DNA of 64,000 nucleotides from Thermodesulfobacteriota bacterium (GCA_963675595.2 CAXXLZ010000002.1:4064001-4128000); one strand, 5' to 3'; counted from the first letter of the stretch, positions 43,919 to 53,859 are shown. The notes: generated from the letters alone by a model not told the origin. A program made the numbers and translations.

Positions 43919-46084
43919 CTACAGATCATCCACCCGTATATGGCCCGGATTCTGCGGGCCGTTCGAACTCTGGTCATTCAGGGTGCAGGCGTTTCCGTAA
44001 AAGCGGATACAATATGCGTTGTTCCCGTGGTTGATCCAACGCCCGTCCGCGCCGATGTCCAGTGCTCCGCCCAGCAGCAGGTCATGCGTCCAGCCTGAGA
44101 GGTCAACGGAGCCCCTGGTGATGGTCAGGGCAGTGGCCACGGTGACATCCGATCCGGTGTTGATGTCCAGTATGTCGTCAGACGCGTCCTTGTTCAGGGT
44201 CAGGGACTTAAAATTCCAGGCGCCGCTGCCGCTCAAAGAGCTGGTTAAAGGACCCGAAAATACGACCTCTGAATCGTCGGCGCAGGTCAGGGTTCCGGAG
44301 TTGTTCAGATTTCCCTGCACGGTCAGGTCGGTGCCGTCGCCATTGGCAATGGTCAGGGTAACACCGGAATCAATGGTCAAATCCCCGTTGACGCTGAGGG
44401 CTCCTCCTGTTGTTTTTATACCCGATCCACTGACGGCAAGATGATGACAGGTACCGGCGAATATCGCCTGATCCGCATCCCGTTGATAGGTGAGAGTACC
44501 GCCGGATACATTCAAGGTTCCGCTTCCGGCTGTTGCCCCGGAAATGGTGATTGCGCTTGAAGTGGTTTCGATGGATGTTGTGCCGGTCACATTGACGTTT
44601 CCATTTTGACTTTCAAAATTCACATCTCCGCTGTCAGTCACTATTCGGACTCCGGCGAGCGTGATATCGTCACTCTGGGCAACAAGCTGAATCCTGCTGG
44701 AACCTGTCGCGATAAGCGCTCCGTTATTGCTCTCGCCGTTACCGGTAATGCTTATCTCGCCCGTTTTGGCGATGATTGCGGAATCGGTATCCGTGAAACG
44801 AGCCAGACCGCCGTCCTCCAGGGCGAAAGAAGCGACGGCATAAGCGTCGTCTATGTCCGGATCGTTACTGGTCGTGGACGCATCGGGGATCAGTACATCG
44901 TCCGCTTCGTCGGGAATGCTGCCGTCCTGCCAGTTGAGTGCCTCCTGCCAGTTGCTGCTCGCCTGTCCGGTCCACAGCCCGGGCCTCCCATTGACCGTCA
45001 GTTGTCGGGAAACCGGGAGAGCGGGGTTATAGGTATCGTCTCCAGCCTGGGAGGCCGTAATATTTGCCGTTCCCACGTCGATGATGTGAATTTTCCCGCT
45101 TAGTATGGTAGCCACACTAGTGTTGTCACCGGAATAGCTTACTGGAAGACTTGAACTGGCGGTTGCTCCGGGAGCAAAATCAGCGTCTCCAAAAGTCTTG
45201 GCTGGAAGTTCGCCAAAGGTGATGGTTTGGTCGGCTTTGGTTGTGGTCTGGGACTGGTATGAGGTGTAGGCGCCTGTACCGGCTTCATTTTCTCCGCGGA
45301 TACGAATATAATACGTTGTATTTGGCGAAAGCCCGGTTACAGTGGTGCTGCCGGATGAAATTTCAGTTCCGCTCTTGACTACATTGGTGAAAGCCGTATT
45401 TGTACTTACCTGATAATCCCAGTCGGTAATGCGATAATTGTTGTCACTGGTTTTGTTTATAATGAAAGAACTGCTTGCCGCGCTGGATACGGAGAAGGAG
45501 GGATTTACCGGAATGGAATAGTTCCACCAGATAGCCATTTCGACTCTATAGTCATCATCAGTGGTAGTCCCTGATTTCACATAACCACTGCAGGTTCCGC
45601 TGCTGCAGGCGCCGTAGAACCCTGTCCATAAGTTTCTGCTGTTCCCGCTGATATTGGTATCAATGTTTTCATAACTAGCAAAATCGTCATCTCCACCGTT
45701 ATTTGTGCAATTTGGAGCATCATCATTCTCCCATCCAGAAATAAGAATATACAGATCATCGGCATTATCAAGTATTTTTCCCGTCCAGATTGTATCAAGC
45801 GAGCAATGCCACCATCTACCTGATTCATAATCGTCGGAGTTGTTATAGCAGAGTAGGCCCGAATAAGTGCCGGAGGAAGATAATTTATACTGCAATGTCC
45901 ACGCAAGCTCTTCATCACCATTTTCACCGCCACTGACATTGGCATAGAAATCATCGGTCCTTATTGCATAATCAATATAGACTGCGGCCCGACATGTATT
46001 GCCAAACGCCATTGCAAGCACACATGTAAAGAGTACGCTCAGAAATTTCAATGAGGTCTTCATTTTATTCTCCGTATATTTCAT
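43919..46084 (-). CDS. Large secreted protein (N-terminal globular domain, FN3, Ig-like, beta-helix-like C-terminus)
   Basis: Signal peptide; VTGLSPNTTYYIRIRGEN (FN3); KADQTITF...ASSSLPVSY (Ig-like); WTG..SSNW...NW; Gly/Thr-rich repeats. Confidence 0.78.
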   Translation of the reverse strand: MKYTENKMKTSLKFLSVLFTCVLAMAFGNTCRAAVYIDYAIRTDDFYANVSGGENGDEELAWTLQYKLSSSGTYSGLLCYNNSDDYESGRWWHCSLDTIWTGKILDNADDLYILISGWENDDAPNCTNNGGDDDFASYENIDTNISGNSRNLWTGFYGACSSGTCSGYVKSGTTTDDDYRVEMAIWWNYSIPVNPSFSVSSAASSSFIINKTSDNNYRITDWDYQVSTNTAFTNVVKSGTEISSGSTTVTGLSPNTTYYIRIRGENEAGTGAYTSYQSQTTTKADQTITFGELPAKTFGDADFAPGATASSSLPVSYSGDNTSVATILSGKIHIIDVGTANITASQAGDDTYNPALPVSRQLTVNGRPGLWTGQASSNWQEALNWQDGSIPDEADDVLIPDASTTSNDPDIDDAYAVASFALEDGGLARFTDTDSAIIAKTGEISITGNGESNNGALIATGSSRIQLVAQSDDITLAGVRIVTDSGDVNFESQNGNVNVTGTTSIETTSSAITISGATAGSGTLNVSGGTLTYQRDADQAIFAGTCHHLAVSGSGIKTTGGALSVNGDLTIDSGVTLTIANGDGTDLTVQGNLNNSGTLTCADDSEVVFSGPLTSSLSGSGAWNFKSLTLNKDASDDILDINTGSDVTVATALTITRGSVDLSGWTHDLLLGGALDIGADGRWINHGNNAYCIRFYGNACTLNDQSSNGPQNPGHIRVDDL

Positions 46085-46255
46085 CGAAGTTTCTTTTGGT
46101 ATCTCAGCCTGATCCGCAGGAGGGCTGTTCCTGTCTGTTTTATTTCTTAACGAATATGGGATGCATTAATGCTGCATGGCCGGCGGGTGCTGAAATCAGA
46201 AAACTTGATGGTAATGGTACCATATCTTATTGAAATTTAAAGGTAATTTTAAAAA

Positions 46256-46304
46256 AGGACGAGCAAGCCATTATTGAGGACGAATCAGCATTATGGAAGG
46301 ACGA
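46256..46304 (-). promoter_or_regulatory. Triple direct repeat, probable LytTR operator
   Basis: AGGACGA at 46256, 46277 and 46298 (21-bp period) upstream of the 46084 gene; possible TGgTACCAT extended -10 downstream. Confidence 0.68.
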
Positions 46305-46410
46305 AACGTGAGATTAAAGAAGGTGGGAAACAGCGCCGGCAATATTTTTTTAGTTTTCAGGGGAAGAAAAAACAGCGTAAGAGAAAGTCGGTCCCCGCTC
46401 AGAGGATTGT

Positions 46411-48498
46411 TCAGTCTTCAGGAGGGTTCGCGGGAAGGACAAGCGAAGCCTTGACCCATCCGTTGATTTCTTCGAGTTCGAAACGAAAATCAGGTCCGTA
46501 AACCAGGCCCAGGCGTTCGCGCAGATTGGCCAGACCAAGACCGGTGGAGTCTTTCCGGCTTTCAACAAGCCGACCGGTATTGCTCACAATGATTTCCAGC
46601 CGGTCATCATGCAGGTCGGCCTCGATAACCAATCCGAGAATATCCGGGCTGGTCATTCGGCCATATTTGATCGCATTTTCCACAAGGGGCTGGAGAATGA
46701 GGTCGGGAACCGGAATTTCCCCGGTGTCCGGATTGATATTCATTTCCACGGCAAGCTGTCCCTGAAATCTCACTTCTTCAACGGCCAAATAAGAGCGCAC
46801 TGTTTTAAGCTCCATGTGCAGGGGCAGCAGCATTTCATCTCTAGGATTTAATGTGTCGCGCAGATGCCCGGAAAGCTTTCTGATTAGATCTCCTATTTTT
46901 TCAGGAGAACGCCTTGCAAACACGTCAATGGTGTTCAGGACATTGAAAAGAAAATGAGGATTGAGCTGGTAGCGCAGAGTCCTGAATCTCGCTTCCAGAA
47001 GCAGCTTCTCGGCTTCACGGGCCCTTTCCCGATCTTTGGCGGCCTGTTTTTCAGCGGTAATGTCCGACATGATTCCCTGCAAGATTCTTGTCTGCCCTGA
47101 GGCATCGTATTCTTCCACCGCCCTTACCCGGCAATCTCTTATTCCGCCGTCCAGGCCCCTGAGCCTGAACTCGAAATTGGCAAGGCGACCGGTAGCATGG
47201 AGTATTTCCATGGCCCTGGACCTCGCATCCGGGTCAACATAGAAATCATCGGCACTGACGTTCAGCAGGTCGTCACTACTTCCGGCTCCCAGAATGCGGA
47301 GCATGGCCGGGTTGGCCGAAATGATTTTTCCGTTTCTGTCGGTCTGAAATATCCCCTCTGCCGCTGTTTCAAAAATATTTCTGTATTTGGCCTCACTGGC
47401 CTGCAGAATCCGGTTTTGAGACTCGATCCGCGAGGCCATGCTGTTCAGGCCGGAGGCGAGTTCCGCGATATCGGCGCTCGAAACCTTTCCAGTTCTGACA
47501 TTGTAATCGCCGTCGCCAAACCTGCGCACCATATCCAGGCATGAACCGATTCCTGACATGAGCGGCCTGACTGTCAGACCGGACAAAAACCAGACAAAGA
47601 CAAAAAGCGCAGAGGCGATAATCATCACCGTATATCGGACGCTCTTGATTGGTCTGAGAATATCGGTCAGGGGTCTGTCCACCACAATCACCCACCTGGG
47701 GTTGTCCATCCAAAGGCAGGCAGCCATGCGCTGCTGATTGTCCCTTTTGTAGCTCACAATTCCCCTGCCGGTCTCAAAATCCGGAACAACATCCGGAACG
47801 TCCGGTTTCTTGTACGGTGTTTTGATAACCAGGGTAAAATTATGACCGGCGTATTTGTTCAAATCCAGCTGCGGCGAGAAAACAAATACATCATCCCTTG
47901 AATCTGATTCAGTGTCCGCCCCAAAAAAATTTCCAAACCACTGCACATCAATAATCAAACGCAGCACTGCCTCGACTTTTTGTCCAATCAGGACCGGAAC
48001 TGATATGGCCACAATGGGCCGGCCGCTGGACACGGCCATGAAAGCCCCCTTGATCCCGGTCATGTTGTCCAGTGCCTTTAGAAAATCCTCCCTCCGACTG
48101 ACTACCTCCCGCATTTCCACAAGCCCGATGCGCTCCGGTATGGAAGAGGCGATGCACTCGGCATTTCTATCCATCAGGTTCAGGGTCTGAAGAATGGAAT
48201 CGCTTTTGACAAAGACCGCAAAGGCCTGGTTGAGCTTTTTCACCTTTTCCGGGTCGTGCGGGTTTTCGACCACTTCCCGCACATAAGGAGAAAGGCTCCA
48301 GGAGTGCACCCTCTGAGTAAGCAGATCAAAGCGCAGCCGAATACGGGAGCGCACAACGGCGGCTTCATGCTCCAGGGATCTTCGGGCCGAACCGATCAGC
48401 TTCTCCCTGGCCACATGATAGATGGACAGGCTGGAAAGACTCACGCTCAGGGCGACAATCACTCCGAGAATGATAATGATTATTTTCCTGAGCTTCAT
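46411..48498 (-). CDS. LytS-type sensor kinase (Cache, HAMP, PAS)
   Basis: LRYQLNPHFLFNVLN, LQPLVENAIKYG, TGLGLANLRERL. Confidence 0.92.
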   Translation of the reverse strand: MKLRKIIIIILGVIVALSVSLSSLSIYHVAREKLIGSARRSLEHEAAVVRSRIRLRFDLLTQRVHSWSLSPYVREVVENPHDPEKVKKLNQAFAVFVKSDSILQTLNLMDRNAECIASSIPERIGLVEMREVVSRREDFLKALDNMTGIKGAFMAVSSGRPIVAISVPVLIGQKVEAVLRLIIDVQWFGNFFGADTESDSRDDVFVFSPQLDLNKYAGHNFTLVIKTPYKKPDVPDVVPDFETGRGIVSYKRDNQQRMAACLWMDNPRWVIVVDRPLTDILRPIKSVRYTVMIIASALFVFVWFLSGLTVRPLMSGIGSCLDMVRRFGDGDYNVRTGKVSSADIAELASGLNSMASRIESQNRILQASEAKYRNIFETAAEGIFQTDRNGKIISANPAMLRILGAGSSDDLLNVSADDFYVDPDARSRAMEILHATGRLANFEFRLRGLDGGIRDCRVRAVEEYDASGQTRILQGIMSDITAEKQAAKDRERAREAEKLLLEARFRTLRYQLNPHFLFNVLNTIDVFARRSPEKIGDLIRKLSGHLRDTLNPRDEMLLPLHMELKTVRSYLAVEEVRFQGQLAVEMNINPDTGEIPVPDLILQPLVENAIKYGRMTSPDILGLVIEADLHDDRLEIIVSNTGRLVESRKDSTGLGLANLRERLGLVYGPDFRFELEEINGWVKASLVLPANPPED

Positions 48499-48520
48499 GC
48501 CGGATAATTGCGAAATTGCA

Positions 48521-49297
48521 TCATGATAAGGGGTAAATACTGAGCAGATGCCTTTTCAGGTTGTCGGCGGCGGCTCTGCCGAGAAGCAGTGATGCGTCTG
48601 TATTGCTGAACTCAAGCTGCTGATTTCCCGATTCATTGTGCAGACTTTTAATCAGGGAGGTGTTTATTATCGTGGAGCGGTCAACACGCAGAAAAGGAAG
48701 AGAGCCGAGGCGTTCTTCCCATAACTTCATGGAATATCTGCTCTTAAGCAGTCGGGCCTGATCAACGCACATGACTTCGCTGTAATTTCTGGCAGCCCTG
48801 ATCCAGATGATGGAATCGACCCGGACCATGGTCAGGCTTCTTTCAGGACAGAGAAGAATCTGGTCGGTGAGTTCCAACGTCCCGGAAAATTTCGTGGTTC
48901 CGCTCCCAAAGCCCTTGTTTTGTCCTGCCAGAAGTCTCTGCACGGATTTCCCCAGTCGCGCGGGATCAATGGGCTTCAGAAGATAATCCAAGGCGTTGAC
49001 CTCAAAGGCGCGCAGGGCAAAATGATCATAGGCCGTCACGAAAACGACATCAGGCACATGTTCAATACCGTCAAGCACGTCAAATCCGGTTCCCTGCCGG
49101 AGCTGAATGTCCAGAAATACGGCATCCGGCTTGAGCGTGTTTATCTTTTCCCGGGCTTCGGACACGCTCGCGGCTTCGCCAATGATTTGCACCTGCTCAT
49201 AATCAGAGAACAGATCAATCATGTTCTCTCTGGCCCAGTATTCATCGTCAACGATAAGAGCTGTGATTGATGTTTTGCTTTTTGACATATCTTGCAT
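48521..49297 (-). CDS. LytTR-family response regulator
   Basis: IVDDE, FLDIQL, FVTAYD, DYLLKP, FLRVDRSTIIN; start 49297 or 49288. Confidence 0.92.
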   Translation of the reverse strand: MQDMSKSKTSITALIVDDEYWARENMIDLFSDYEQVQIIGEAASVSEAREKINTLKPDAVFLDIQLRQGTGFDVLDGIEHVPDVVFVTAYDHFALRAFEVNALDYLLKPIDPARLGKSVQRLLAGQNKGFGSGTTKFSGTLELTDQILLCPERSLTMVRVDSIIWIRAARNYSEVMCVDQARLLKSRYSMKLWEERLGSLPFLRVDRSTIINTSLIKSLHNESGNQQLEFSNTDASLLLGRAAADNLKRHLLSIYPLS

Positions 49298-49622
49298 GTA
49301 TTGCGAGGTATTCCTCAAGTTCAGGTTAAGTGGAGCCATATTCATCTTTGCCGATATAAATTGTCGACTTCTCAAAACCTTTGCGAATATCTTCCAAGAA
49401 TCCTTGGCTATGTCCTGTTTCTTCAAATTAAGTCATAATGAGGCCATCGGCAGGAGTGTTCCCATAATTTCGCCTTATCAGTCTGAAAATTACAGGTTTC
49501 CATTCAGGTACGAATCGACTTCTCCTTATCCTCGGCGGTGAAATGCCGGCCAAGGCGCCCAGCTTTCGTCCCTTTTCCAATGCGAGGTCGGCCGCGGTGA
49601 AGAGACCTCGGAATGAATTCCT

Positions 49623-51233
49623 TCAGTAGGCTTCGTAAGGTGCTTCAAACCATCGGTACAGGTCGTAGTTCGCCTCGGTTCCGTCGGCGTAGGTCAACGT
49701 GGCGACGCCCCGGCTTTCCGTGGCGAAGGAAGCCGAAAGACGAACCCCCAGGCCTCCGATATCGTACGTGTCCACCCCATCACTGAAATCGTCGTCCAAG
49801 AAGCCGTGATACGTCTTGCCGTCGGGGGATACGATGATCAGGACGGCCCCCGTCGTATAGGTCTGGCAGTAGAAATTCATGGAAGCGCCGCTTTGCCCGG
49901 AAGGCACGTCTTTCCAAATGCCTTCGGGAGTCGTAGACGGGGCGGCGCCTCCGATTTCATCGGCTCCGATGTCGATCCCGCTGCCTTGGGGCCTCGGAGC
50001 GCCGTCGAAATCCTCGGTGAGACCCGGAACGTCCAGCCCCTGATCCACCACGGAGGTGGGGGAAACAGCCAGATGAAGGTTTCCGGCGGAAGGGTTCAGG
50101 AACCAGGACGCTTGGGCGTCGGTAACGTTGTGGGACACCTCGGCTTCGGCCTCTTCACGTTGGGTGATGCTGCGGTTGGTGAGGTTGTTGGCGATCAGAA
50201 CACCGGTCGTGGTGGAGAACCGGTATTCAACGGCGTTGGGGTGGCTGTGTTCCATGAACAAGGTATTGTTGTAAACCTGAGCTCCCGGGGCGGATTCCAG
50301 ACCGATTCCCACGTCGGCGAACCCTTCCGAAGAATCATGATAGATCATGTTGTTCCGGATGATGCCTCCTTGGTGTCCCATGTCGCCTAATCCGAATCCG
50401 ATACCCCGATCGCAGTTGATGATGACGTTTCGTTCCACCAGAGTGCCCCTGGAACCGTTCCAGAAGTGCACGGCGTGCTCCGCCACGTCCACGGAAGGGC
50501 TTCGGATGTTTCGGAAGGTATTTCCCCGCACGGTCCAGTCGGCTCCGTGATGCACGTCGATGCCCCCGATATAGTCCTGGGGGCCCAGACCCGACGGAGA
50601 CGTGTACTCCAACAGGCAGTCTTCCACCAGCCCGTTGTCGGAGCCGACACCGGGGGCCCCCTCCGCGTCGTAGGAGCCTTTGATCATCTGCTCAAAGGTG
50701 TCGATGATGCGGACGTTCCGGATCGTCGCATAATCGGCGTCCAGTTCACCGTGAACTTGAATACCGTGATTGGCCACCTTGCCGATGGTGAGGTCTTCAA
50801 GCGTGAAGTGTGAACCGGCCACTTCGAATGCGTGGGGGACACCCCCTTGCATTCCTTGACCTTGAATCAGCACGGCATCGCGATTGCCGGAGACTCCGCG
50901 TACGGTAACTCCGTCGGCGGAAACCCACAGTTGGCTGTCGAGGGTATAGACGCCGTCGCCCACGAGGATCGTGGCGGGGCCCCCCGCGTTGGCCGAGGAA
51001 ACCGCGTCCGCCAGTTCCTCGACGGTGGTCACGGTTACCGAGCTTTCCGTGCCGTTTGTGAAGTCGACTGCCGCCGGTCCGCTCGCCGAGCCGTCGGAAT
51101 GTGTATTATGGGTCGGTTGCGGGAAGGAGGCGCTGGAACGGCGGTCGCTGAAAGTCGAGTCGCCCCGGACCGCCGGCGGACCCGAAAAGACATAACCAAC
51201 CAATAATACGAAGACAATGGTTGCAGAGCGCAT
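49623..51233 (-). CDS. Secreted right-handed beta-helix protein (pectate-lyase-like fold) with choice-of-anchor-Q-like segment
   Basis: Signal peptide; repeated V..N.I.N/GI..G motifs; LHL...S.VVDQG...DFDG.PR...DIGADE; extra C-terminal domain. Confidence 0.75.
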   Translation of the reverse strand: MRSATIVFVLLVGYVFSGPPAVRGDSTFSDRRSSASFPQPTHNTHSDGSASGPAAVDFTNGTESSVTVTTVEELADAVSSANAGGPATILVGDGVYTLDSQLWVSADGVTVRGVSGNRDAVLIQGQGMQGGVPHAFEVAGSHFTLEDLTIGKVANHGIQVHGELDADYATIRNVRIIDTFEQMIKGSYDAEGAPGVGSDNGLVEDCLLEYTSPSGLGPQDYIGGIDVHHGADWTVRGNTFRNIRSPSVDVAEHAVHFWNGSRGTLVERNVIINCDRGIGFGLGDMGHQGGIIRNNMIYHDSSEGFADVGIGLESAPGAQVYNNTLFMEHSHPNAVEYRFSTTTGVLIANNLTNRSITQREEAEAEVSHNVTDAQASWFLNPSAGNLHLAVSPTSVVDQGLDVPGLTEDFDGAPRPQGSGIDIGADEIGGAAPSTTPEGIWKDVPSGQSGASMNFYCQTYTTGAVLIIVSPDGKTYHGFLDDDFSDGVDTYDIGGLGVRLSASFATESRGVATLTYADGTEANYDLYRWFEAPYEAY

Positions 51234-51319
51234 TGAGACTCCCGTTGTCGAGAGAGTGCAGGGTGAAACGTGGATTCCGGAGCTCAAGCCCCATCAGGCG
51301 TCGGCAAGGTCTCCGTGTG

Positions 51320-52930
51320 TTACTCATTCGGAAACGCGAGGGACACTTGAGCGGTGATCGCCCCCAATCCGGGAATGCTCGCGATCAGCAGGCCGTGGAT
51401 CGAGTCGGACAACTGAAGCGTAAGGCTTCCCCCTTTTCCAAGTACGTCGTTCTCCGCCGACACACCGTCGGAGTAATCTCCGTCCAAGAAAGCCGCATAG
51501 AGGCCGGCGGTGAGGACGACAACGGCACATGACCCGGCGGCGTATTTCTGGACATACAGGTTCACGGAGCCGTCCGGGGACTTCCAGATGCCGTCGTCGG
51601 GGACGCCCGAAGGGACCGGGCCCGGCGAGCCCTCGGGTTCAACCACGAGCAGATGGGATCCGGAAACCGCCGGAACGGTCAGGAGTCCGTCCGCATCCGC
51701 GGTAATGAGCGCACCCGTCCCCTGAGAATCGTCCAGCCAATAACGATAGGAACCTCCCGGTGTCACAAGGAAGTGCTGAAGCCGTCGAAGAGTCACATCC
51801 GCGGTTCCGGTCCCTTCGATGCGAACTTCGTAATGGTCGGTCTGGTCCAAAATGGACGAAGGGTCCCAACCAAAGGAATACAAGTCGTTGATTCCGCCGC
51901 AGGTGTATTCGGTGCAGCTTCCCCAAGGGTCCACAGTTGCGTTGTTTGCGATGCCGTAACCACTGCGGTTTGTAAACGCCAAGAAGCTTTGATTGCGCCG
52001 AAAGTTCCACATCCAGTTCATTTGTACAAACGCAGCGTCCGAGTGTTCTCCGTTATGCCTGAAATAGAAAAAACCTCTCCTTTGGGCGTCGAGCACGGGA
52101 CGCATCAAGTCGCCACCCGATGCGAGAGGCACGGTGGTGTCTCCCGTTCCCGCCGTAATGTTGATGAAGGGCGTCTCCCATGAGGCATCCCTGTAATTCT
52201 GAAGCCACCAGCTCAAGTTCGAATAATCCCTTGCAGGATAGGCCGCGCGGTCTTCTCCGGTGATGATCACGTTGTCCGAAGAGGAACCGACGATGTCGTT
52301 TTCGAACTGCTCCTGGAGCGGACCGACCGGAGGCGTGAATCGAGCGAAGCCCGAGTGAGCGTGGATGGCCGCGAAGACCTCGGGGTGCCTCACCCCGAGC
52401 TGCCATGCCCCGGTGCCGCCGATGCTGTGACCGAACAGGTACACTCGGTCGGGATCGATGGTGACTCCCGGAAGCTCATCGGAGATCAGCGACGACCGAA
52501 CGACCTCGTCCACGATATCCATTACCGCCTCATGGGCCCACATATGGCATTCCCCGTCCCATCGGGTACCGAACCACCAGTCGTCCTCATTGCCCGTGGA
52601 AGGTTTGTACTGGAAATAAAGCATAACAAAGTCGTACGCCTCGGGAACGTAGGAGGCCATCTCTTCCTGGCGAGCGAAGCTGCCACCCCACTCGTGGACC
52701 TGCACCAGAAGGGGCATGTTCGATGCGGCGGCGCCGTATAGGGAGAGTCGAAAGGACAACGTCTCGGTTTGACCCTTGTGCCCGACGATACTGCGATCGA
52801 TTTCGCTCGTATGCGTGGGCGATCGCATGGAGTAGGTGTACCTGTTGAAAATGCTTTGAGCATGCCCCGACGAGGAGCACAGAAGAAAGAAAGTGAGCGC
52901 GAAAAACACACGTGCCGTCAAGTTTGTCAT
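51320..52930 (-). CDS. Secreted alpha/beta hydrolase (esterase/peptidase-like)
   Basis: Signal peptide and SD GGAGG; DPDRVYLFGHSIGGTGA nucleophile elbow, G..DTTVP, GEH; same C-terminal domain as its neighbour. Confidence 0.78.
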   Translation of the reverse strand: MTNLTARVFFALTFFLLCSSSGHAQSIFNRYTYSMRSPTHTSEIDRSIVGHKGQTETLSFRLSLYGAAASNMPLLVQVHEWGGSFARQEEMASYVPEAYDFVMLYFQYKPSTGNEDDWWFGTRWDGECHMWAHEAVMDIVDEVVRSSLISDELPGVTIDPDRVYLFGHSIGGTGAWQLGVRHPEVFAAIHAHSGFARFTPPVGPLQEQFENDIVGSSSDNVIITGEDRAAYPARDYSNLSWWLQNYRDASWETPFINITAGTGDTTVPLASGGDLMRPVLDAQRRGFFYFRHNGEHSDAAFVQMNWMWNFRRNQSFLAFTNRSGYGIANNATVDPWGSCTEYTCGGINDLYSFGWDPSSILDQTDHYEVRIEGTGTADVTLRRLQHFLVTPGGSYRYWLDDSQGTGALITADADGLLTVPAVSGSHLLVVEPEGSPGPVPSGVPDDGIWKSPDGSVNLYVQKYAAGSCAVVVLTAGLYAAFLDGDYSDGVSAENDVLGKGGSLTLQLSDSIHGLLIASIPGLGAITAQVSLAFPNE

Positions 52931-53859
52931 GGCGTCCTCCGCATTTCGTGCCGAGATTCTCGGGAGAGCCGCGATCCCCAGTTCCAGATGATTCATGAAT
53001 CCGGTTCAACCGGTTGCGGCGGCTTCTTTTTCCATGAACCGTCGGGTACCGGCAAGAAAAAGTGAACGACGGGCAACGGTCGCCTTCGGCCCGGAAACCG
53101 TATCGGATGGTGAGGACGAGCCGGCGAAAGAAGGGGAGAAATCGTGTAGGCATCAACGGCCGGCCCGAAGCCCGAAGTCCCCGAAGCTCTCCGAGTATAT
53201 TCATCCACGGGGGAATTCGTCGATTGTAGAAGCAGGCCATAGTGCCCGCTGAAAAGAAGGTCGAAGACACCCCTTTGTATTATGCGGCCGTTTTGTGAAC
53301 GCGCCCGAAATCGTTTCCCTCTACCAAATTACCTCGCGGGTCAATTCATCGTCAAATCATCCATCTTGATGCCGGGTGACGAACGAAGGAACGAAACGTC
53401 AAGCTTGAAGAGGAATCCGCAAATCCCATGGAATTGCCGGTGCGCCTCCTTGCACTCTTTCCTTTACACGACGGACGGTGAGGCAAGGGCGGCGCCGGAG
53501 GAAGCGGATTTCGGTCGGTTTCCCTCAAGGGGGTCTGATGTTCTCATTCCATCACGAGACGCAATTTCAAAGGATTCCCGGCGGTTCGGCAGGTTCGAAG
53601 TGAATCGAACTCCGATTGAAAGGATCGATAAGAGCGGGGGATTGTCCTCGTAAGACAAGGGACGGCATGTTGAGGGTTCTTCCTGATCGGACAAAGCAGA
53701 CATGGGTTTCCCCCATTTTGTGAGCGGGGTATCTTCCCAGTTACAGGAATTACTCCTGCTTCAAAAATAAGTGTTCTTCCGGATGTTGCCTCGCATGAAC
53801 CCGTGGTAGATAGATCACCCAGGAGGATAGGCCATCGTCGAAAAGATGTTGGTAAGGCA

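Larger units (their letters stand above)
42369..43920 (-). mobile_element. Complete IS110-family element, IS1111 subgroup
   Basis: CT core at both junctions (42367-42368, 43919-43920); subterminal IR ATGGCTGCAC 42372-42381 / GTGCAGCCAT 43904-43913; long non-coding end 3' of the transposase. Confidence 0.9.

Noticed and set aside
43919-43921. 721-aa gene truncated by the IS110
   Set aside because: The reconstructed empty site (CTG-TAG-CAGCCC) keeps the same TAG, so the IS did not create the stop; earlier truncation by the repeat cannot be excluded.
42246-44000. 584-aa plus-strand ORF
   Set aside because: Antisense shadow of the IS110 transposase and its non-coding end; no recognisable motifs.
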